64,000 nt of DNA from an uncultured Thermoleophilaceae bacterium (GTDB lineage Bacteria; Actinomycetota; Thermoleophilia; Solirubrobacterales; Thermoleophilaceae). The notes beneath the pieces are model-generated. The model searched no databases, had not been told where the DNA came from, and saw nothing but the letters and a program-made list of their open reading frames with translations. The translations under genes were made by a program, and so were the position numbers. The stretch covers positions 94,449 through 158,448 of the forward strand of contig CAVXGW010000014.1 in assembly GCA_963761505.1 (NCBI GenBank), given 5' to 3'. Below, piece after piece: positions 55,121 to 64,000 of the stretch. The first letter of the stretch is position 1. Each line of letters opens with the position of its first letter.

Positions 55121-55213
55121 GCCCGGCAGAGGCTTCGTGAACGGGGGTTTCGCCCCCCTCGCCGCGAACGGCCGGGAGCTGTGACCGGGGCTCTCCGCTA
55201 TCTTGCCGCGTTC

Positions 55214-55694
55214 ATGTCAAGGCTCTACGACCTCATGCTGCTGATCGATTCGAACGCCCCGGAGGACCGCCAGAAGGCGATCGTCGGGGATGTCGAGAAG
55301 ATGCTCGGAGACGGGGGGACCATCGTCGGCTCCCACGACTGGGGCAGCCGGCGGGTGGCGTTCGAGATCGACCACCGCCCCGAGGCCGCCTACCAGCTGT
55401 TTCAGTTCGAGGGCGACAACGCGCTGCTCGACCGGCTCAACCACAGCTTGAAGATCATGGACGACGTGCTGCGCTTCCGGATCATCCGGCAGCTGCCCGG
55501 GGGGCCGCCCGTGCCGCCCAGCCCGGACCCGATCCGGGCCGCGCGCCCCGAGGAGCCCGAGGGTCGCGTCGCGGCTCGCGCCGCCGCCGACGCGGCGCCC
55601 GAGCCCGAGCCCGAGCCCGAGGCGCTCCGCCGTGGCCACCGCGGAGCCCGAGGCCGACGAGCCTCCCGCGCAGGCCGAAGCCACCGAGGAGTGA
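55214..55694 (+). pseudogene. rpsF: 30S ribosomal protein S6 with an acidic Pro/Glu tail; frame change near 55620
   Basis: MSRLYDLMLLIDSN...IVGSHDWGSRRVAFEI...AAYQLFQFEG...VLRFRIIR. After PEPEPEPE the listed frame turns Arg-rich, whereas the +1 frame gives SAVATAEPEADEPPAQAEATEE-TGA (55692-55694). Confidence 0.85.
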
Positions 55695-56555
55695 CCGGCT
55701 CCGGCGCCCGCCGGGATCACCTTGGACGCCGGCTCGCGTCGCTTCCGGCGCCGGTGCAGACGCTGCTGCGACTGGCCTTCGTGGCCGTGCGCGTGACCGC
55801 CGGCCCGCGCAGCTTCCTCACGTACCTGCGCCTGAGCAGGATCCGGCGGCACGTGGGGTCGGGCGGCCAGGTCGTGCGGATGCGGCTGAGGCCGCTCGGC
55901 GGCCGCTCGGTGCGGCTGCGCCCCAGCACCTCGGACGTGGACACGGTCTGGGGCACGTTCGCCGGCCACTACCACCTGCCGCCGCCGGAGGCGGGCACGC
56001 CCCGCCTGGTTTGGGACCTCGGCGCGAACATCGGGCTCACGATGGCCGACATCGCCCAGAGGCATCCCCGGGCGCGGATCGTGGGCGTGGAGCTCGACTC
56101 CGAGAACGCGGCCCTCGCGCGGGCCAACCTCGAGCCGTGGGGGGAGCGCTGCGAGGTGATAGAGGCCGCGGTCTGGCCGCACGACGGCGACATCCGCTAT
56201 CTGCGGCTGGATGGCGTCACCTCCGGGCACCACGTGACAGGGGCGCAGCTCGGCGACGACCCCGGCGTCACGCCCGTCCACGCCATCTCGCCCTGGTCCC
56301 TGCTGGCGCTGGACGGCGCCGAACGGGGAGGTCGACTACGTGAAGATCGACGTCGAGGGCGCCGAGCGGGAGCTGCTGCGCGAGAACGCCGGCTGGACCA
56401 GCCGCGTGCGCACCGTGAACGTAGAGGTGCACGAGCCATACACCGTCGAGGAGTGCAGCGAGGACCTCCAGGCGCTCGGCTTCCGGACGCGGGTGGACCC
56501 GCGCCACTGGGCCTGCGTCATCGGGGTCCGCGCCACAGAAGCCGCACCTGAGTGA
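55691..56555 (+). pseudogene. FkbM-family methyltransferase inserted between rpsF and ssb; frame change near 56322
   Basis: LRPSTSDVDTVWGTF, VWDLGANIGLTMADIA, IVGVELDSENAALARANL. Then, in the frame of ORF 56340..56555: (NGEVDY)VKIDVEGAERELL...VEVHE. The GTG start overlaps the rpsF TGA (GTGA). Confidence 0.7.
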
Positions 56556-56674
56556 CGGTCTCGTCAAAAGATCCCGACATTCCTGCATCTTCGTGTCAGG
56601 CCGCCGCCATCCAGGCCGACCCCGTGAGTAGTCTCGACCGTCCTACTTGAAAGCCGTCCGAAGGAGCTTCCGCC

Positions 56675-57136
56675 ATGGCCGCAACCAACATCAACAGGGT
56701 CGTCATCACGGGCAACCTCACGCGCGATCCCGAGCTGCGCTCGATCCCGAGCACGGGCAACTCCGTGTGCTCTCTGCGCATCGCCTGCAACACCCGCCGC
56801 AAGCAGGGCGAGGAGTGGGTCGACAAGCCCAACTACTTCGACGTCACCGTGTGGGGCCGCCAGGGCGAGAACGCCGCTCAGTACCTCGAGAAGGGGCGCC
56901 CGGTCGCGATCGACGGCCGCCTGGAGTGGCGCGAGTGGGAGGACAAGGACGGCAACAAGCGCCAGTCCGTGGAAATCATCGCCGACTCGGTCCAGTTCCT
57001 CGGCTCACGCGAGGGCGGGCAGGGCAACGGCTCGCGGTTCACTCCCCAGAGCGACGTCCCGGCGGATACGTCGGACTTCCAGGGCGCGCCGGCGGGCGGC
57101 GCGGGGACATCGTCTGACGACGACATCCCCTTCTGA
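56675..57136 (+). CDS. ssb: Single-stranded DNA-binding protein
   Basis: NRVVITGNLTRDPELR, YFDVTVWGRQGENAAQYLEKGRPVAIDGRLEWREWE, Gly-rich linker, acidic tip DDDIPF. Confidence 0.92.
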   Translation: MAATNINRVVITGNLTRDPELRSIPSTGNSVCSLRIACNTRRKQGEEWVDKPNYFDVTVWGRQGENAAQYLEKGRPVAIDGRLEWREWEDKDGNKRQSVEIIADSVQFLGSREGGQGNGSRFTPQSDVPADTSDFQGAPAGGAGTSSDDDIPF

Positions 57137-57222
57137 GAGCCCGCACGGCGATCCCACGGAGCCCTTTCGCACCACCGTGCACACCGCGGAGGTCCGTCGC
57201 GCGCCGCTAGCATGCCGCCCTC

Positions 57223-57672
57223 ATGGCACAGGCGATCCTGCTCCAGCCCGTAGAGACGCTCGGCGAACGCGGCGATGTCGTGGACGTCGCCGACGGCTAC
57301 CTGCGCAACTTCCTCATCCCGCGCAAGCTGGCCCAGCCGGCCACGGACGCGTCGCTGGCGGACGCGGCGCGGCGGGCCGAGGCGGCGGAGAAGGCGGCCG
57401 CGGACGCCGCCGAGCGGGCGGAGGAGAACGCCGCGCTGCTGCGCAAGACGGTGCTCACCATCTCGCACCAGGCCGGGGACGACGGGCGGCTGTTCGGCTC
57501 GGTCACGGCACAGGAGATCGTGGACGCGGTCAAGGCGGCCCGCGGGGTGAAGCTCGACAAGCGCAAGGTCCACCTCCCCGAGCCGATCAAGTCCACCGGC
57601 ACGCACATGGTGCCGATCGAAGTGTCCGATGGCGTCACCGCCGAGGTGAAGACCATCGTGACGGCCGAATAA
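57223..57672 (+). CDS. rplI: 50S ribosomal protein L9
   Basis: MAQAILLQPVETLGERGDVVDVADGYLRNFLIPRKLA...; 149 aa. Confidence 0.92.
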   Translation: MAQAILLQPVETLGERGDVVDVADGYLRNFLIPRKLAQPATDASLADAARRAEAAEKAAADAAERAEENAALLRKTVLTISHQAGDDGRLFGSVTAQEIVDAVKAARGVKLDKRKVHLPEPIKSTGTHMVPIEVSDGVTAEVKTIVTAE

Positions 57673-57685
57673 GAGAAGTAACCTC

Positions 57686-57711
57686 AAAGGGGGGCGAACA
57701 CGCCCCCCTTT
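57686..57711 (+). terminator. Intrinsic terminator after rplI
   Basis: AAAGGGGGGCG-AACA-CGCCCCCCTTT perfect hairpin with a short T run, 14 nt after the stop. Confidence 0.8.
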
Positions 57712-57768
57712 GCAACCCCCCGAACGGCGCGCTTCGCGCGCCTACACACCTTGAGGTGTTCGGCTACG

Positions 57769-59151
57769 GTGAGCGCGGTCGAGCAGAACGGGGGGTCCGT
57801 CCCGCCGCAGAACGAGGAGGCCGAGGTCGCCGTGCTGGGCACGGTGCTCATGGCCGAGCAGGCGCTCGACCAGATCCTGGTGGACCTTCACCTCACGTCC
57901 GAGGACTTCTACCGGCCCCGCCACCAGCTGATCTTCCGGTCGATGATCCGGCTCAAGCAGAAGGCGGAGCCGGAGGCGATCGACGCCATCACCGTCTGCG
58001 ACGACCTCAAGCGCGAGGGCAGGCTCGACGAGGCGGGCGGCCAGTCCTACGTGCACTCCCTGCCCACGCTGGTCCCGTCGGTCCACGCGGTCCGCGACTA
58101 CGCGAAGATCGTGCGCGACCACTCGATCCTGCGCAAGCTGCTGGTCAGCGCGCGCGAGATCCAGGAGCGGGTGATGACCGACGGCGGCGACCCGCGCGCG
58201 CTGGTCGAGCAGGCCGAGCAGGCCATCTTCCGCGCCGGGCACGACGAGGACTCGGGACGGCTGAAGTCGATCGAGGACGTCCTGCACGAGGAGCTCGACA
58301 AGCTGGAGCGGCTGTCGAAGGAGGGCCAGTCGCTCACGGGAACCCCGTCCGGCTACCACGACCTGGACGAGATCACGGGCGGCTTCCAGCCGGGCAACCT
58401 GATCGTGCTGGCCGCGAGACCGGCGATGGGCAAGTCCGCGCTTGCCACCAACATCGCCGAGAACGCGTCCGTGGACCACGGCAAGGCGGTCGCCCTGTTC
58501 TCGCTCGAGATGTCAGAGGGCGAGCTCGCCCAGCGCTTCATCGCCTCGCGGGCCAAGCTCAGCGGCGAGTCGCTGCGCAAGGGCCGCGTGAAGGCCGAGC
58601 AGTGGCCGAAGGTCCTGACCGCCACCGACAAGCTCACCAAGGCGCCCCTGTTCATCGACGACTCGAGCGACCTGGGCGTGCTGGAGCTGCGCGCGAAGGC
58701 CCGGCGGCTGCACCAGCGCCACCCGCTCGGGCTGCTGATCATCGACTACCTACAGCTGATGCGGCCGGAGGACCCGAGGGACGGGCGCGTGGAGCAGGTC
58801 GGCAAGATGAGCCGTGGGCTGAAGATCCTCGCGCGCGAGCTGAACATCCCCGTGATCGCCATCTCCCAGCTCTCGCGAGCCGTCGAGGCCAGGCCCGACA
58901 AGCGGCCGCTGATGGCCGACCTGAGGGAGAGCGGCAACATCGAGCAGGACGCCGACCTCGTGATGTTCGTCTACCGCGACGAGTACTACAACGGCGATGC
59001 CTCCGAGAACCCGGGCGTGGCCGAGGTGATCATCGGCAAGCACCGCAACGGGCCGGTGGGCAAGGTCGAGCTCACGTTCCTCGACCGCTATCCGAAGTTC
59101 GCGAGCATCGCCCGCGGCGCGTCGGCGGCGGGCGCAGCGGCGGCCGGCTGA
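57769..59151 (+). CDS. dnaB: Replicative DNA helicase DnaB
   Basis: PPQNEEAEVAVLG, GYHDLDEITGGFQPGNLIVLAARPAMGKSALA (Walker A), LLIIDYLQLM, ISQLSR, RESGNIEQDADLVMFVYRDEYY. No intein. Confidence 0.92.
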   Translation: MSAVEQNGGSVPPQNEEAEVAVLGTVLMAEQALDQILVDLHLTSEDFYRPRHQLIFRSMIRLKQKAEPEAIDAITVCDDLKREGRLDEAGGQSYVHSLPTLVPSVHAVRDYAKIVRDHSILRKLLVSAREIQERVMTDGGDPRALVEQAEQAIFRAGHDEDSGRLKSIEDVLHEELDKLERLSKEGQSLTGTPSGYHDLDEITGGFQPGNLIVLAARPAMGKSALATNIAENASVDHGKAVALFSLEMSEGELAQRFIASRAKLSGESLRKGRVKAEQWPKVLTATDKLTKAPLFIDDSSDLGVLELRAKARRLHQRHPLGLLIIDYLQLMRPEDPRDGRVEQVGKMSRGLKILARELNIPVIAISQLSRAVEARPDKRPLMADLRESGNIEQDADLVMFVYRDEYYNGDASENPGVAEVIIGKHRNGPVGKVELTFLDRYPKFASIARGASAAGAAAAG

Positions 59152-59152
59152 C

Positions 59153-61208
<2,056 letters not shown>

Positions 61209-61216
61209 GTCCGGCG

Positions 61217-61966
61217 CTAGGTGCGGACCACGTGGGTGCTCACGACCATGTCGTGCAGCGCCCGGTTCTGGTCGTCCCACAGCGGCCAGAGCAGGTCGGC
61301 CAGTGTCGGCAGGTACAGGAAGAAGCCTCCGACCGTCCAGAACAGCAACCCCTTCACCACGAATTCCCGCAGGAAGGCGTGGCCGAGGTCGAACGGCTGG
61401 CCGTTGTCGCGGGTCACCCTGATCCCGATGACCTGCTTGCCCCAGGTCTGGCCGTTGTGCTCGCCCTGCCGCGCCATCAGCAGCGGCGCGTAGACGACCG
61501 TGACGACCAGGTACGCGAGCAGGCTGACGATCCCGACGACGACCCCGGCGACGTCGCTGCTGAGCGCCACCGCCACCACCAGCGCTATCAGCACCACCGT
61601 GGGGATCAAGAGGATCAGGACGTCGATGACCACCGCCGCGGCGCGTGCCCCCCAGCCGGCGAGCCGGGCGCCCGCGATCGGAGCGGGGCCGGGCACGGCC
61701 GGCTGATCCCAGCCGCCCGGAGGCACGGGGCCCCCGTAGCTGGGCGCCTGCGGCGGCGGCCCTACGTTCTCGGGGCCCGGTGGTGGCGGTGGCGGCGGAT
61801 ACGCGCCCGGCGCGGGGCTCTGCGGCCCGGCCGGCTGCGGCGGAGGGGGCTGCGCGCCAGGGCCGTACCCGGGCGAGCCGGGGCCGAAGGTCGGCGCCGG
61901 GCTCTGCGGGCCCTTGGGCTCCTCGTCGCGGCCCTTGGGCTCCTCGTCGCCTTCCACGGCGGGCAC
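61217..61966 (-). CDS. RDD family membrane protein with a Pro-rich N-terminal region
   Basis: RLAGWGARAAAVVIDVLIL...YAPLLMAR..NGQTWGKQVIGIRV...LHDMVVSTHVV (RDD pattern). GTG start at 61966 is tentative. Confidence 0.7.
   Translation of the reverse strand: MPAVEGDEEPKGRDEEPKGPQSPAPTFGPGSPGYGPGAQPPPPQPAGPQSPAPGAYPPPPPPPGPENVGPPPQAPSYGGPVPPGGWDQPAVPGPAPIAGARLAGWGARAAAVVIDVLILLIPTVVLIALVVAVALSSDVAGVVVGIVSLLAYLVVTVVYAPLLMARQGEHNGQTWGKQVIGIRVTRDNGQPFDLGHAFLREFVVKGLLFWTVGGFFLYLPTLADLLWPLWDDQNRALHDMVVSTHVVRT
61908..61949. repeat. Perfect 21-bp tandem duplication inside the RDD gene (in-frame 7-aa duplication, DEEPKG)
   Basis: ggcccttgggctcctcgtcgc occurs twice consecutively (61908-61928 and 61929-61949). 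Confidence 0.9.
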
Positions 61967-61967
61967 T

Positions 61968-62643
61968 CTAACGGCCGGCCTCGACCGGCTCCTGCTCGAG
62001 CACGACACGCTCGCCGCGGCGCAGGAAGCGGCCCGCCAGCGCCACGGCGGCGAGCAGGGCCGCAACGGCCATCGCGATCTGCACGCTGAGGATCCCCTCC
62101 TCCGACCAATACACGTCGTCCAGCTCGAGCAGCAGCGCGGACTCGTCGAGCGTGAGCCCCATGCCGATCCCGAACGGCACCGCGAGCTTCGGCTCGAGGG
62201 CCTCGTTTCGAGTCACGATCGCCGCGGCGCCCGAGCTGAACGCCAGCACGATGCCGGGCACGAAGTGATGGATGTGCCGACGGCCCACCCGCACGATTGC
62301 GAAAGGGGCCCACGGTCCGCCGCGAGTGCAGCAGCGTGGCGATCACACGCGCGGTCACGAAGCTGCCAAAGAAGGACGTGAGCAGATTGAAGGTGGCGTT
62401 CTCGCGCGTGGACACCTCGCGGTAGCCGGTGAGGGCCACCTCGGCCACCTCGGCCACGGCCTCGGTGGCGGCCTGCACGGCGTCATCCGCCTCGGCGAGC
62501 GGCGGGGCGCTGCCGCGCTGCCACACCCGGCGCAGCTCGACCGCCACAACGGTGGCCACCGCCCCGGTGGCGAGCCCGCCGAGCGCCACCGTCCAGCGGT
62601 CCTCGAGCACGGCGAGCGGGCGCCTGCGGCGCCTCACCGCCAC
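61968..62643 (-). pseudogene. Integral membrane protein, function unknown; frame change near 62290
   Basis: The N-terminal part is in ORF 61762..62643 (…FNLLTSFFGSFVTARVIATLLHSRRTVGPFRN). It continues in ORF 61968..62294 (GRRHIHHFVPGIVLAFSSGAAAIV...LTLDESALLLELDDVYW). Confidence 0.5.
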
Positions 62644-63344
62644 CGCTCCAGGAGATCCTCGTCCCCCACCTCGCGCACCTCTCGCGCGGGCACGCCCATC
62701 ACCACGGCGCGGGCCGGCACGTCACGCACCACCACGGCGCCCGCCGCCACGAACGCCTCCTCACCCACCTCCACACCGGGTGTGAGCACTGCGCCGCCCC
62801 CCACGCGGCAGGCGCGCCGCAGGGTCGCGCCGCGCAGCTCGTAGTCCGGCCCATGACGGCCCATCGTGTCGTCGTTGGTGAGCGTGACGCCCGGGGCGAC
62901 GAACACGTCGTCCTCGATCACGGAGAACGCGGTCACGTAGCACCCGGTCTGGATCCGCACGCGGGCCCCGATCGTCACGTCGTTGTCGACCGCCGAGCCC
63001 CGCCCCACCACGCTCGCCTGGCCGATCACGGCGCGCTCGCGAACATGGGCCTGGTCGCCCACCACGGCGCGCTCGCCGACGCGAGCCCCGGCCACCAGCA
63101 CCGCGCCCGCGCACACGGTGGCGCCCGTGCCCACCACGGCCGGCGCGGCCTCCGCGCGCGAGGCGGTCGACTGGGCGCCCAGCGCCAGCGGCTTGCCGAT
63201 CACCGCGCCGTCCTGGATCCGGGCCTCGCCACCCACCTCGGTGCCCTCGTGGATCACCACGTTGCCGCCGATCTCCACCGTGGGCGGCAGGGTCACGCCC
63301 TCGCCGAGGAGCAGCCCCGGGGCGCGATCAGACGGTCTGAGCAC
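62634..63344 (-). CDS. Left-handed beta-helix (hexapeptide repeat) acetyltransferase, sugar N-acetyltransferase-like
   Basis: Successive [LIV]-G-x-x-x-x hexapeptides (IGGNVVIHEGTEVGGEARIQDGAVIG..., VGERAVVGDQAHVRERAVIGQASVVGRGSAVDNDVTIGARVRIQTG). Start tentative. Confidence 0.75.
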   Translation of the reverse strand: MLRPSDRAPGLLLGEGVTLPPTVEIGGNVVIHEGTEVGGEARIQDGAVIGKPLALGAQSTASRAEAAPAVVGTGATVCAGAVLVAGARVGERAVVGDQAHVRERAVIGQASVVGRGSAVDNDVTIGARVRIQTGCYVTAFSVIEDDVFVAPGVTLTNDDTMGRHGPDYELRGATLRRACRVGGGAVLTPGVEVGEEAFVAAGAVVVRDVPARAVVMGVPAREVREVGDEDLLERWR

Positions 63345-64000
63345 GCCGGCTCCCGTCGAGCGAGCGCTGCAGCTCCTCGAGCACCCGCACCACGCGCAGG
63401 CCGCTCTGCCCGTCAGACCGCGGCGTGGCGCCCTCGCGCACGCACTCCACGAAGTGGTCGCACTCGATCCGCAGCGGCTCGTGGTTGGGCACGCGCGGGC
63501 TGTGGACGTCTCCGGAGCGGGCGATGTACTCGCCGTAGGAGCTGAAGTCCTCGTCGAAGCCCTTGTCGTAGACCGTGAGCTTGCGCTCGAGCTCCATGTC
63601 GTCGAACGTGGCCATCTTCTTGGAGCCGACCACCGTGAACCGCCGTTCCTTGTGCGGGTCGAGCCAGGAGAGGTGCAGGTGCGCCGCCAGTCCGGAGGGG
63701 AAGCGCATGAAGCAGAAGACCACGTCCTCCACCCCCTCACGCATGTAGGACTCGCCCACCGCCGTGCATTCGTCAGGCTCCTCGCCCGCCAGCCGCAGCA
63801 CCACGGACACGTCGTGGGCGCCCAGGCTCCACAGCGCGTTCTCCTCAGCGCGCAGCTTGCCGAGGTTGAGGCGGTTGCCGTAGATGTAGTGGATGTCGCC
63901 GAGCTCGCCGGCCGCCGCGATCTCGCCCAGGCGCTCGAGCCCGGGGTGGTACTCGAGCAGGTGGCCCACCATCAGCACCCGCCCGGCGTCGGCCGCGGCC
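63328..64000 (-). CDS. Gfo/Idh/MocA family oxidoreductase (C-terminal part; N-terminus beyond the window), UDP-sugar 3-dehydrogenase-like
   Basis: LMVGHLLEYHP, GELGDIHYIYGNRLNLG, NALWSLGAHDVSV, HLHLSWLDP. Paired with the acetyltransferase, as in WlbA/WlbB-type pathways. Confidence 0.75.
   Translation of the reverse strand, partial: AAADAGRVLMVGHLLEYHPGLERLGEIAAAGELGDIHYIYGNRLNLGKLRAEENALWSLGAHDVSVVLRLAGEEPDECTAVGESYMREGVEDVVFCFMRFPSGLAAHLHLSWLDPHKERRFTVVGSKKMATFDDMELERKLTVYDKGFDEDFSSYGEYIARSGDVHSPRVPNHEPLRIECDHFVECVREGATPRSDGQSGLRVVRVLEELQRSLDGSRRAQTV

Noticed and set aside
55121-55213. The hairpin GGGGG-TTTCG-CCCCC(C) upstream of rpsF as a ribosomal-protein leader or autoregulatory element.
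   Set aside because: It is only a short GC stem in GC-rich DNA, and I cannot match it to a known S6/S18 leader from memory. Evidence is insufficient to annotate it.

Overview
This is a very GC-rich window (over 70% by eye, not computed). It is densely coding, and its gene content and protein style fit an Actinomycetota chromosome, perhaps Thermoleophilia or Rubrobacteria. That placement is inference only. Most of the window is core housekeeping.

Main gene blocks, left to right:
- M20 peptidase, an R2-like/SCP2 fusion, TetR and rarA.
- A Moco cluster (moaC, moaB).
- PadR, then ccmABCD joined directly to hemA, hemC, cobA/hemD, a DUF62 gene and birA.
- A large DEAD/DEAH helicase.
- TlpA-like, GNAT and GalT-like genes.
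- tRNA-Arg(CCT), followed by a 2.7 kb islet bounded by a perfect 43-bp copy of the tRNA 3' half.
- pyrE.
- A c-di-AMP (ydaO-class) riboswitch in front of an M23 peptidase, inside a cell-envelope neighbourhood (L,D-transpeptidase, CPBP protease, mannosyltransferase-like protein, MscS, PBP1A).
- thiL.
- An OmpR-type two-component system, HtrA, IMPase, a small RsbW-like protein, TreT-like and OtsA, all co-directional.
- rpsF, an FkbM methyltransferase, ssb, rplI, dnaB and a DnaC/DnaI-like ATPase.
- purA.
- The start of a sugar-modification cluster.

I found no rRNA, CRISPR array, transposase or integrase.

Caveat: at least about 20 reading-frame disruptions occur inside clearly conserved and partly essential genes (birA, cobA/hemD, rpsF, PBP1A and others). 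The most economical explanation is indel error in the assembly. I mark these genes as pseudogene/frameshifted but do not claim biological inactivation.

No single locus stands out as an obviously new multi-gene system. The most unusual loci are:
- the integrase-less tRNA-Arg islet with its CTAG-rich 8-bp iterons;
- the dnaB-coupled DnaC-like loader;
- the remodelled rpsF operon;
- the ccmABCD-hemA fusion operon;
- the stress two-component system joined to two trehalose pathways;
- an Arg/Cys-rich C-terminal module shared by two secreted propeller proteins.

All family assignments come from motif recognition by eye. No database search was run.
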